Part shown: in pieces, positions 33,534 through 45,810 of the stretch
How the letters are laid out: every line of letters begins with the position of its first letter
Numbering within the stretch: position 1 is the stretch's first letter
Assembly (NCBI RefSeq): GCF_021869535.1
Contig: NW_026262666.1
Coordinates: 1,736,001 to 1,800,000 of the forward strand
DNA: 64,000 nt
Direction: 5' to 3'
From: Mytilus californianus
Taxonomy: Eukaryota
Notes under the pieces: generated by a model
Seen by the model: the letters and a program-made list of their open reading frames with translations, nothing else
Told to the model about the DNA's origin: nothing
Databases searched by the model: none
Made by a program: the position numbers and the translations under genes

Positions 33534-34130
33534 AACTAACTGGTGGTGTTAAACGACCTTGACTGGCTGGTAAGCCCTCGCACGGTCGGCTCGGTGCCCG
33601 AATGCGATTGGTGAGCATTTAAATGTTTTTGTTGTCAAGTTGGAACAAGGCGGCCATTTTGGTTTTGCTGGATTTATTTGTTTTTTTACTATTGTTGTTT
33701 GGTTGGTTTGCAGTCTACTCTCTTCACAACGGCTGCTTTCAGTGCCAGGTTGGCCAGCTGTGCAGCCCGCTAACCAAGATGATGGAGTACTGGTCGATGA
33801 GTCTCGATCATAGTAATAACGATCACATGAAGCATTATCAGGACCAATGTCGTGAGACAGTGAAATGGCGGTCCATTATCTAACTCCTAGGATACAGGCC
33901 CTTGGACATCAGTTGGCATAACACTCCCCCATCCATAATGGGTTTTGGAGTGTATGCTGACGTGGGTATTTACATAGACCACAATTTAGACTATAAAGCG
34001 TTGGATTGGTTTCTGTTATCGAAAGTAGTAAGTCGTTGAGCCATCTATCAGTAAACCAAAAACGCAGATAGCGGGTAAAGAGGAGCTGACCAAGCACGTC
34101 CGTTCAGTTGTAATGACTGAGACGTGACTG
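33534..34130 (-). mobile_element. About 600-bp non-coding retroposon, copy 1
   Basis: 11-bp TSD ggagatctgtt (33523-33533, 34131-34141); homologous over its length to 53937-54592; no ORF and no tRNA head. Confidence 0.85.
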
Positions 34131-34141
34131 GGAGATCTGTT

Positions 34142-34690
34142 TGCGGTTCTCTTCATCTACTATAATTTACGCACAGATAACAAAAAAGGTTAAAAAGCGA
34201 CTTTCAAGGGCAGCAACTCATACAAGAAGTCAATTGACAATTTCATCCTTGCTACCTTGATAGAAGATCTTGTCCTGCTGGTATTTTTTGTCACACTAGT
34301 ACATAGATTCTCTTTATCAACTTCAGTTTAAAAAAAAAACCAAAAAATAGGTAAAAGGGTCTTTCAAGGGATATAACTCCTGTCTAAAAGAATGGTAGGT
34401 AGATCTTAACATTCTGAACATCTCGGTCTTAATTCGAGTTTCTTTATCTATTGCGGTTTACAAGATACAATACCCCTATTGTTAATATTTAGCTTTTGCA
34501 GCCATGTTGGTTGACAGATGGAATCATCGGACACATTTCCTAAACTGAATACTCTAAGGATGATTGTGGCCAAGTTTGTTCAATTTGGATTCGTAGTTTT
34601 AGAGCAGATTTTTGTCAACGTTAATGGACGACGGACGACGACTTAGTAATTGGAAAGCTCATACTGGTCCGTTGAGCCAAATGAGATATA
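34142..34690 (+). mobile_element. Fragment of a HINE/Helentron-like non-autonomous element
   Basis: Shares motifs (aagggcagcaactc, gccatgttgg, ggacgacggacgacg microsatellite, aaagctca terminal hairpin remnant) with 60850-62255. Confidence 0.55.
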
Positions 34691-36456
34691 AAGGGTTAAC
34701 GAGCATCGCCATAATACAGCAAAGTGCAACAGACAATATCAAACACCAATAAACGACTCCTCCGAAAAAATCCTAGAAATACATACAACAGCAAACAGCT
34801 TATTATTGCCCAGATAACCTAACTTGGAACATGCATACAATGCAGTGGAATTAAACCAGTTTTACGTATATACCATTTGTCTCCGTTAATTCGTTATTTG
34901 AGACACATGAAATATCATATAACTATTAATAGTGGTCAGAAAACTTATCTACTTATTGATTTAATTTTTGTATTTATCTGCCGTAAAAACGAAAGGCTAA
35001 ATTGAAGACACAAGTAAAAATCCGACGGGTCTCATAATACCTTATTACAATTAATGTATCTCATTTCACCCTGTTACTACTTCTTTCAAAATGTCTTCTG
35101 TCTGTCTTTCTGCAATGTAACTAACATCCTCACATTGTGAAAGAGAGACGAAAGATTACCAAAGAGACATTTAAATTCATGAGTCGAAATTAAACAAACA
35201 ATGCCATGGCAAAAAACGAAAAAAAAAAACGATCATTAGACAAAAGTATACAGAACACAGCATAGAAAACTAAAAATTGAGTTTTTAATAAATTTGGCCT
35301 TTTGTTTCTAGGACATTCTGCTCTGTGTTAATATCTATAAGTCATCTATTATTTTTTTTCCTAACCATTTTGAATGTATTACATAAGCATTGTAAGCTGA
35401 TTGCGCCAACTGCCAAATTATGATATCCGCCAGTTTAGTATTAGGGTCAAATAATTGAAATGTACCTCAGTTTATACTCAATCCTACAAGGCGATCTATA
35501 ATATATTGTCCTCACCTTGGTTTTAATAATTGTCTTAAACGAATCATTTTGTTGATTAACAGCACGTTGTACAGTCATTATAATACCGTGTGGGTCAGTA
35601 CGGTAACATAAACATCGACCTGGTTGGTATCTTTGATGTGGTTTCTTTTTTGGAAGAAGACACTAAAGTGCCAAGGTACCAACTAAACAACCATGTGACA
35701 AATAATTTTTGATAAATCTTCTTACATATAATTGAGCACATTACGAGCAAAGCCTTCTGTCATTCACAAAACCGTGTTAAAACTCACATCAAAACAGTCG
35801 GAACTATAAACATCTAACCAGGTTAAACCCACCGTTTTCATCGGAAAATTCTGTTCCAAGTGTGGAATATGACAGTTGTTTTTCACTTGTTTCGTTGGTT
35901 GATAACTTTGTTTTGTAAGTTTGTATTGACTTCCCCTTTTTGAATTTACCTTGGAGTACTGTATTTTTATTATACTTTTTTTATTGTACCCAGTTACGTC
36001 AGTTAAACCAATTACCTAAACAATAGAACGGATCGAACATTATACCGAAGATGTAAGACAATTTGTTGACATTAGATATCATTTTTTTGTGTTTTATTTA
36101 GGGAGGACTGACGTCATAATGAAGCTCATCCCACACCTCCTTTTATTTATATTGAGTACTAATTTACGGTATGTTTAATGCGTGATGAATTTTTTTTACT
36201 TACACTTACATATGAAAGCAATATGATCTAAATTGCGAAGTTTAGAATTTACGCCTTTTATTGATGTATGATAAAGGTTTGATTTTTGTCTAGTACACAT
36301 TTTCCCTGCTGTTTTCAGATCTTTGATTGTTCTCTGAACAAAATATGCACAACTTTAAAGACGTTTAATTGTTGAAAACCATACAATGACATAATATAGT
36401 AGCCTAGCTACATGCACGTTTAAAATCTTGTTGATGTTCGTCTCATTGGCAATCAT

Positions 36457-36993
36457 TGATTGATGTTGGGTTTTATCGTCCGGCTATCTTGATAGATATT
36501 GCGGACTACAATAACCTATTCTTGCAGTGTTGGATCTGCTGTTCTTTTCCCTTTCATCTTGCTCCGACCTGGTGGTTGAGGTTGGTACGGAGTGTCTGAC
36601 CGTTCTTGTAAGGCAAAGGCAGTTTGAATGGCCTCTGGATCTGGCATGGATATTGGTGAGGTATGTGATGGTGTGCGAAGTAGGTCGGGGCCATCAATGT
36701 CGAAACCCTATGTGAAGTCTATCCTACTACGCTTACTTACTTCTAGGTTTGGATGGAGTATAGAAGTAACGGCGATGGCATGCCTTCTAGGAGTTGTACG
36801 GACTAGTGACTTTGTCCGTCTTGATGTTGATTCCCTCTGGTTCTCCACGATATTTTGTTGGTTTAAGTGGTATACCAATAACTGTATCCCTGGCTTGCGT
36901 CTGACAGATGTTATCTACGCTTGTACTGGTGGTAGTTACAGGGGTAGCAGCGGAAGCAACGGCTTTTTTGAAGTCCATCCACTGGGTGAAACG
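36457..36993 (-). mobile_element. 537-bp 5'-truncated retroposed fragment with (ATCA)n tail
   Basis: 15-bp TSD ctcattggcaatcat (36442-36456, 36994-37008); GC-richer than flanks; tail ccggacgataaaacccaacatcaatca. Confidence 0.8.
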
Positions 36994-37139
36994 CTCATTG
37001 GCAATCATACTACGTCTCCTTGTTTTATATAAGTTCAATGTACTCAGATGATTATTTAACCATTATAGGTTTGGAAATATTAATTATCCGTGTCATCTTT
37101 TATTATGTTCGAAATTTATTTTTTTGTCTTTCATTTAAG

Positions 37140-37763
37140 ATAAAAAGAGATGGACCAGTGGACGCTCATGCAAGAGATGAAATAAAACTTTAAAGAATCT
37201 GCTTACCCTTCCGGAGCGACTGAGATAACCTCCAGTTTTTTTTTTGTGTGGCTCGTGTTGCTCAGTCCTAAGTTTTCTATCCTGTGTTTTGTTCACAGTT
37301 GTTTGTCAGTTTGTGTTTTCTTTTTCAGCTATGAATTGTCGGTTTATTTTTGACTTATGAGTTCGAATGTCGCTTTGGTATCTTTCGTATCTCTTTTTCA
37401 AGGTATCTTAAACTGTCCAGGAAAGCTATAGAAATCACAATTACAACTAGACAGAAATAATAAAAATGTATAAATAAACTGTCAGAACTTTATAAATGTA
37501 CATGCACACTAACGTATGCAACCACTTGTTTTGTTTTGTTTTGAATAATTGTGTTTATCAGATAAGCGTATCCGGAATCGAATATACAGCTAATTCCATA
37601 GTTTTATGTAATAACATGTATAAAGACCCACACGCTTAATGGAATATAAAAGTGTACAGATCAATAATCATGACCTGACTGTATGGACGATATTTGTTTA
37701 TTGTAGTAGGGAATATAGCAGGTGGTGGCGTACTAGCCCTGCCAATAGCCGTAGATGGTACTG
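37140..37763 (+). pseudogene. Inverted 5' fragment (first two coding exons) of a third Aa_trans paralog
   Basis: 37150-37176 MDQWTLMQE (vs MEQWTLIQE); 37660-37763 INNHDLTVWT...[19 protein letters not shown] with a +1 frameshift; both donors read AT instead of GT; no third exon found. Confidence 0.85.
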
Positions 37764-38087
37764 ATAATGCATTATTGTATTACAGTTTTAGATATCTGGA
37801 AGTAAAAGTTTAGACAAAAAATTCTTTTTCGGTTCAATGTCATGAACAAACGTGAAGACAAAATAGATCAACAGGTATTAATAATCAGTAACGGATATAA
37901 GCCGATAACAGTCCATTCTGTAAAATATTGGACAGGTCTGAGGCCGCATGGACTGTTAGAGGCTTATATCTTACTTAGAACATTGTTTGACACCTCAAAA
38001 AAGGTGACAAAAGCAAACAAATACAAACTTGTAAGATTTATTTTCATCAAGTGTGAAAATTGTTTTGTGAAAAAACTTTCTTTACAT

Positions 38088-39230
38088 TAAAAAGTAAAAT
38101 CACAAAAATACTGAACTCCGAGGAAAATTCAAAAAGGAAAGTTCCTAATCAAATGACAAAATCAAAAACTCAAACACATCAAACGAATGGATAACAACTG
38201 TCATATTCATGACTTGGTACAGGCATTTTCTGTGGACTGAACCTGGGTTTATAGCTAGCTAATTTAAAACCTCTCACTTGTATGACAGTCGCATCAAATT
38301 CCATTATATTGACAACGATGCGTGAACAAAACAAACAGACATAATAGGTAAAAATGTCAAAGATAGGGGTACAGCAGTCAACATTGTGTTATCATCTTAA
38401 TCACTATAAAAACAAACAAATGTAACAAAGAAGCACAAAAAGGCATACATCAAATTTAACATCCTCATTTTGCTTTTTTATTATACGATTTTATTTATTT
38501 ATGAAAAATCCACCCATAAAGGATGGAAGGTTTTAAGTACTGGCGTAAAATCGCGCGTTTGAGAAAAAAAATCGCACAGGTAGACATAAAATAATTTTGT
38601 CGTTCAAAGTATGACGGGATACATAAGTACAAAGTCACGTAAAATGGATATCACAAAAAAACAGACTTAACAGTAAAAGTAATATTAAATAAAATATAAT
38701 TTTGTGGTTCAAAGTATGACGGGATACATAAGTACAGAGTCACGTCAAATGTATATCACAAAAACAGACTTAACAGTAAAAGTAATATTAATAAATAAAA
38801 TAATTTTGTCTTTCAAAGTATGACGGGATACACAAGTACAGAGTCACGTCAAATGGATATCTCAAAAAACAGACTTAACAGTAAAAGTAATATTAATAAA
38901 GACAAATAAAAGAATACTTTAACACGTTATTAAGATGATAAACAACGTCAGTACGCAAAATCTATACTTCAAGACCATCGTGTATTATTTCTAAAGTTGA
39001 TACGGAATATTTATCAACAAGGACTTGGTACCTTCCGATGAACTTTTTTAGAAAAAGGAAGAGACGTTCTTTGACATACCCCTGGTTCATCAACTTTCTG
39101 CTCAGACACTGGTGACGTTTTACGAAGCCTGAGTAGGAGCTGCAAGCTCTTGAATACCGAATAAGTTGGTATATTGCTACTAAGGTGGGGGAAATTGATG
39201 ATTTCAAAATTAAAATCGTCTCGTTGTGTT
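38088..39230 (-). mobile_element. Penelope-like retroelement 3' fragment (second family) with an internal tandem repeat
   Basis: KRDDFNFEI..QLIRYSRACSSY...KLMNQGY...KKFIGRY at 38962-39230; three units of about 105 bp at 38591-38900; terminal part recurs at 23200-23420, 35810-35990, 60290-60420. Confidence 0.75.
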
Positions 39231-39418
39231 TATAACTAACCTTTCTAAAATTGTCCGTTTATAAATTTTGAAATTATAAAGAAACTAAGGTTTCAACTCC
39301 CTCAGGCAAAGTTGGCCTTAGATGCATTTGGCTATATTTTTTTTATGTATTTTTGACATATAGCTCTTCAACTGTTTCGATACTTATACATCCTCGGATT
39401 TCAAATGTTTGGCTTTGA

Positions 39419-39460
39419 GCGTTCCTGATGAAGGTAAATCCAGAAAAGCGCTTCGGACGC
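39419..39460 (+). ncRNA. Minimal type I hammerhead ribozyme motif (atypical stem II)
   Basis: GCGTTC-CTGATGA-aGGtaaatCCa-GAAA-AGCGCT-TC-GGACGC; palindromic stem III AAGCGCTT. Confidence 0.6.
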
Positions 39461-40287
39461 ATGACATTATTAAACGTGTTGTTTTCAATTTTTTGTCATA
39501 GATTCTGGTACTGAGATGACTGTGTATGTATAAGTCTAAAAATGAGGCAGAGGAAGCCCACATGTTAGCCTCTTTAAACAGTAGCTCAACTTAAACAATA
39601 GACAAAAAATGTACAGCTGAATGTAAACAACATGTATTGCTACATGAAGATAAAGACACAGCGTATGCGTATCATGATTTGTGCGTGCGCTTGGACTACT
39701 CTATATATTTTCCGTGAATACCTTTACATGCGTTTGGTGTTTCAAAATGGATAAAGATGATGAAAGCATATTCTTACAGCAAAAAACGAAGAAAGTGGTG
39801 TCGTAATTAGTGATTGTGTTGTTTCAAACTTTCGATTAAAATCAAATGAGTATTCAGATATATTCGATTTCAGTTTGGATTACAAAGAGGATATAGTTAT
39901 AGCAGCTAATAATGGCAAGTTTTATATATATTATATTTCAAAATGTGGTCCTCTCCTATTAGTTTCTTGTTTCTTCTGGGGTTTTATTTCTTATTAGGTG
40001 AATGAGAAAAAAAGAAGAACATGTGGAAACAGGTTCAGGTTGAAGAAAAATATTTAACCATATCGAGTGCACCGCAGTCGATTTTATTTCAAATAAACAA
40101 TTAATACGAACAAATGAAGAGATAACTAAATGCAATCAATTTAAATTTTTTTGTTGTTCATCGGAATTTTTCCATCTTATATTATTTTAATGAAATTGGA
40201 GAGAATTGTGATCCAAATATTAAATCTTTTATTTGTAAGAATAAATCAATATAGTCAATATTTAATACATCGCAATGAAATGTCCGG

Positions 40288-40358
40288 TGATCCATCGGAT
40301 CACCAGCAGTGATGGTGATACATGGCCATGTTGGCACTGCTGGTGATCCGATGGATCA
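40288..40358. repeat. Perfect 24-bp inverted repeat with 23-nt loop
   Basis: tgatccatcggatcaccagcagtg (40288-40311) and its exact reverse complement (40335-40358). Confidence 0.95.
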
Positions 40359-40582
40359 ATCTGTTGTAGATTTGTCACTGGTTCAGACGTACTTATAAAA
40401 TATAATTATTTCTGTGACTGTATCTTGCATTAATTTGTAGGATCATTTACAATAGATATTTCAGCTGATCTGTAACAATTCCATCTTCATGCCTTATATA
40501 TCATGTACTGTATTACGACGCTAGATTAAAACTGACGAGGAAAGGTAACACCCGGCCAACGAAAGCTTTATTATTTTGTGAA

Positions 40583-40750
40583 GCCTAGGTGGTTGAGTGG
40601 TCTAGCGTGTCGGATACAGTGGAGGCGATTTGGTGTTACGATATCTCAGTAGCATGAGTTCGAAAGCCGGCGAGGGAAGAACTAAAAATTTGCGAAAGCA
40701 AATTTACAGATCTAACATTCTTGGGCTGATGTTTAGACGAGTTATATATA
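40583..40750 (+). mobile_element. tRNA-derived SINE-like repeat
   Basis: A-box-like TGGTTGAGTGG and B-box-like GAGTTCGAAAGCC; no complete cloverleaf. Confidence 0.65.
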
Positions 40751-41099
40751 AGTCTAAATTGAAAACAACGTTCAAACCTATGATTGCGTTGTATAAAAAC
40801 CGCAATATTTATACGTGTCCATGCAAAACAAATTTCTTGGTAGAGGGGTCTAAATACAGCACAAACAACATTTTCCAAAAGACCAAAAAAGTGAAAAAGT
40901 ATATTTTAGCAAAACGCATTTGACTAACAGGTCGAACAACGGATGTTCTTAAACCCTGCTGACTGCCATTGGCGATTGCCAAATAAACGGATTACAAGAT
41001 GTAACAAAATGGATCTTTATAATTAATTTAATACCAAACAGAAAACAATAAACTTGCGGAAAAGATGGTATACCGCAAACATGAGGTGCAAAAATTTGT

Positions 41100-41143
41100 A
41101 CACCATATCCGGATTTCGACAATTAATGTCTCTTCAGTGATGT
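41100..41143 (-). ncRNA. Minimal type I hammerhead ribozyme
   Basis: ACATCA-CTGAAGA-GAC attaatt GTC-GAAA-TCCGGA-TA-TGGTGT: intact core, G10.1-C11.1 stem II, palindromic stem III, AUA cleavage triplet, 6-bp stem I. Confidence 0.8.
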
Positions 41144-44089
41144 TAGGAATCGAAACGGAATTTGGAAGAACCATATAATTTACCTTAATTAAGGATAGAC
41201 TCTTGAATTTCGAAGAGTATAAATAGGATGAACGGATCATATAAACCCAAAGGTTATATATATATCAATTTTCGTGTATGACAGAATGACGCAGGTCCTC
41301 TCTTTCCTTCCTCGTTCACCAAAATGTATCTCCCGTATGACAGTATGACGCAAGCCCTTCTTTCCTTCCTCGTTCACCACAATTAATCTAGGTGGTTGTC
41401 TTGCAAGAGACGGTTATGGTTTACCCAAACGGTACCATGCACTTGAATATCCCTCATTTTTCTTTTTATGTCTTTTCGTTTATTTGTGTATTGATGTCAC
41501 TTGTGTTTTGTTTTTTTTAATGTTACCGAAAAAAAAATTTTGTGTCCCGATTTCCTTTTGCAAAAAAGGTTTTCTTATTTTCTTTCATAACAAAAAAAAA
41601 CTATCACTACGAACAAAGTGCAAATCGGACACATGATTAATTTGTTTAACAGGTAACTTGCGGTTATAACGTGTTCCTTTATTCTTCTCCCAATAATCAT
41701 CGTCGTTCATAAGCAAAGTGTTGCATTATACAGTTATACTCATATTCAAGCAATAATATCAGTTTAAAAAAGCAAACTTGTAAACCAACGGCGAGTCGCC
41801 GACACAATAGCACTTTTATATTTTTAAATATATTTACCCTGTTACATTAAGGTATATAGGAAAAAATAGGAAAAAGATTTCCGAGACAAGTGCCAGTGCG
41901 CCGACACATGAGAATTATAAAAACTATTATAGTCCCCTAGTTCATAAAGCAAGTTCTCGATTTGCACTTTGTACACAGGGTGAGGTTTAGGTTGTTAATC
42001 AAATTCGTGATTAGCTATTTTGTCCAAGGAACAATATGTGGCTTGCACATCAACACTTCGTAAAACATTTACTTCAGATGAATGATTTTCTCTACATTAG
42101 TTTACTTTGGTCCTTGTATTGCGGCATGATCTATCAAACGTTAGAAGCATTAGTTTATTTTATTTTTTTTTTCATTTTAATTGTAGCTGAAAATGTTGTT
42201 AGGTATGGGCTTTGCTCATTGTTGAAGGCCGTACTGTGACCTATAGTTGTTAATTTCTGTGTCATTTGGTCTCTTGTGGAGATTTGTCTCATTGGCAATC
42301 ATACCACATCTTCTTTTTATATTAGGAAGAATAAGACCAACAACAGAGGTCGATTTTGTTAACCAAAGACGGACGAGGATAAATCTTTAAAAACAAGAAA
42401 TACCTAAAAGCAACAAAAACAAGACTTACAACCGATTAAATTGGTGCTAAAGGAGACAACCCAAAACATGAGAAAAATGGCTGTGATATAAGTATCGGTA
42501 TTGTTAAAATCAATTTGAGAGTGATTTTTTTTCTCAAGAAACCGTCTTGATGAGTGACAAAGTTATTATTGTTTTTGAAAGTAATTTTAATAAAATATCA
42601 CCATTTGTTCTTTTGTTGTATTTTGTTTGAAGAAAATAATTGTGGGAATTGATAGTTTTTTTCTCAGTTCTTGAATAAGGAGGGCAATTCTTAAAAATAT
42701 TGGACAGTTAAAGGTAACATAATGGTTTCTTACAGGTAAATGATAGTCCAATCACTGAAATAGAGAACGGGTACAACAATGGACTGACGTCACAACAATG
42801 TTTTAATAAAACATCTTCTTCGTCAAGATATGAACTATCCTTTTATCTTAGTATTCACATGTATTCCATTATAATCAATGAATTTGATTGAAAAAAAACA
42901 AAATGTTTTTTTTTTTCATCTTAAGTCTGGACGAATGGACTGAGTTAGATTAGTTTGTATGTTGAGTCTAATTTTTGTCACCTCATATTTCAGAGTAACA
43001 ATATTGAACAAAATGTATATATCAATAGTTTTTTTAAAGTTGTTGACTGTGATTGTTGGCTTTGAAGTTTGGGTTCAAAGGTGCAAGGAAATTTCCTTTT
43101 ATAGTGATAATGTTTTTTTCACTGGATGCCAAAACGCATGATCGTTTCAAGGATAGAATTATTTAAATGTCCTTTAGTCGTTTTCCGTTTATTTATATGG
43201 CGCTGGCACTTTCTCACCAACAACAGACGACACCAAACAACTACAACACATGATACCAGCCAACAACAACAGACGACACCTAACATCATCGAAAAACGTC
43301 ACCAACCACCAACAACACAACACAAGATCCAGATAGTATGTCTTAATACAGGAACACCATGCTGTAAAGTTTTACACGTGTGCTTTCGTCTCCTCAAATT
43401 CTTTATTTGGAGAATTTGATGAATAGAAAATACACTATTAGATTTATATTGCTCTGATAACAATATACTACTTATTTGTTTCATTCTGTATCCCTCTGCT
43501 AAATAAATATAATGCTTCATTAAGAAGCATGACAATGACTTTGCATTAATTTGTGTATTAATAACGGTCGGCATTATTAATTTACCAATACAACTAACTG
43601 GGACCTAAAGAGGAATAGCTGCGTCCATCTTAGGTCATATGTTCATGATTATGTTGGATCTTTAGTTGATAATAATTTGAAAAATGCTTTAGTCAAGAAT
43701 ATTTTATTTTGGTTATTGTTCATGTATTTTTAAATATTTTTCAAGGACCTATGTTATTATTTTTACAACCATGTTATGTTTGTATAAATGTGTTTAGAAT
43801 TGGTAAGGCGTCAATGCATCAAAGTCGATATGGTTTAGCAATACAAGACTCACAGAAGCGTCGTAACTTTATAATTTGATGTGATCCACTGTTCACAACA
43901 TAATGCTGGTTTAGTTTAAACATATTTTATTTGCTGAATTAAAGCAAGATGGAAAAGACACAACTAAACCATACTTACATGTATGAAGTCTTCTCCATAA
44001 TACAATTTAAAATTACAATTTAAAAGTATAATATAATGGGCATGCATGTACAGCAAACAGTTTATAGAATATAATATGAGCTATCATAG

Positions 44090-45810
44090 ATAAAACCGAA
44101 AATATGATTTTCTCAAATATTGAGACTCCAGACCTCAGCTTTTCCTTAAATGGTAAAAATATACCTTTAAAGGGGCACTAGCTACGAGATATATAAAAAA
44201 TCTAAAGTATGATTTTTTTTCAATCATTAATGAAGGTGAAATAGTGAAATAATAATTCGCTTTTAGCAGCCAGTATGGTTCAATTTTGTCAAAATAAGCT
44301 AAGAAACATTGATGATGAATTATTCACTTGCAAGTGAATAATTCGACCTCATTGAATCCGTATTCATGTGAACTTCAATTTAACCCCTTAACTAAAAATG
44401 GATAACGCATGCAGTGTGCGTGTTCGGTTATTTAAAGGAAAAGAAATAATTTTAATCTATAATATAAAATTAAACAGACCTAGAAAAATACAATTGCACG
44501 TGTTCGCTTTGTATTTATATCTATATTTTATGTTTATATCGCTTAGATGACCATCGAAAGTCTTCGGAGGTCAACTCGATAGTTAATTAGATGGCGTCAA
44601 GACTAAAATACACACGAAACGAAGCTACATATTATCGAGCCCATGCTCTGTAAATTGTTTATTTTAGACTTTTTATAATTTGGATAAATGTTTTACATGG
44701 TTATAAATCAAATATGAGAATTTGAGTCAAATCGGTGAACATGAATTTGACAGCTAGTGCCCCTTTAAGTACATCTCATACGAACCTTGGAGTTAATTTC
44801 AGTAGTGACGCAAAATGAAACAATCATATTGAAAGTATAATTACAAGTGTAAAGAAACACTTAAATTTTTTACGTAAACTTAAATACCGATATCTCGAAA
44901 CAATTTAGAAAAAATGTACTTAGTTTTCATTCGACCCATTTTTGAATATGCCACGGAATTTTGGGATAATTGTGGAATATGCTACTCGCATAAATTAGAA
45001 AATTTGCAATTAGAGGCCGCGAGAATAGTAACCGGTCTACCAATATTCACTATAACTGAAACTTTATACTCTGAGGTTGGCTGGGAATCTCTTTTTGAAA
45101 GAAGATGGAGAAGAAAATTACAGATGTTTTATAACATGAACCAATAACATGCACCAGAGTACATGTACCTATGTAATCTTGTACCTCCATGTGTACAAAG
45201 TACAACCAACTATCCGTTGCGAAATGGTCATGATATTATTCTTCCATTTTGCAGACTTTCCCTTACTACTGAATCGTTTATTTCCTCTACAATACGTGAG
45301 TGGAATAAACTTGATCCAAAAATTCGCAGTGTCGACTCTATTTCTAAATTTAAGAAAGAAAAACGATAACCTACTAAGTAAAGTTGAAACGTTTTATTTA
45401 TACGGCCCGAGGAAATTGAATATTATCTTAACGCAATTGCGATGCTCCGCTTCATTCTTAAACTATGACCTTTTTCGAGCTAATATTGTAAATGATCCTT
45501 CTTGCCAATGTGGGTCAGATAATGAGGATGTCCATCATTACTTCTTCGTTTGTCCAAAATACACTCCATGTTGAAAAACCTTATTCAATAGTCTTAACTG
45601 GCTTTCCGAAAACTTTGTTTTAGATACAAAACTATTAATTTGTGGACACTTGTAACTTTCAAACGAACAAAATATTCAAATTTTCAAACATGTTCAAAAT
45701 TTCATCAAAAGGTCAAACAAATTTCTTGTACCTTCATAAAGCGTTATTGATACTGACACGAAACATCATCATCATCAACATCATCATCAACACTCACGTC
45801 ATCATCACAG
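44090..45810 (+). mobile_element. Degraded CR1/L2-like LINE 3' fragment with (CAT)n tail
   Basis: KTENMIFS...NLGVNFSSD..WNNHI...LRKLKY...IRPIFEYA..WD...LEAARIVTG...LTQLRC.AS.LN..L......C.CG...EDVHHYFFVC; frameshifts. Confidence 0.85.
44171..44764. mobile_element. TTAA-flanked MITE (Kolobok- or Crypton-like) nested in the LINE
   Basis: 13-bp TIR AGGGGCACTAGCT / AGCTAGTGCCCCT; TTAA on both sides; removing it restores the LINE reading ...GKNIPLSTSH... Confidence 0.85.

Noticed and set aside
40517-40580. Hammerhead-like CTGACGA...GAAA-GCT-T just upstream of the tRNA-SINE head
   Set aside because: Stem II closes with only one pair and stem I is weak and A/T-only with mismatches; not supportable from this copy alone
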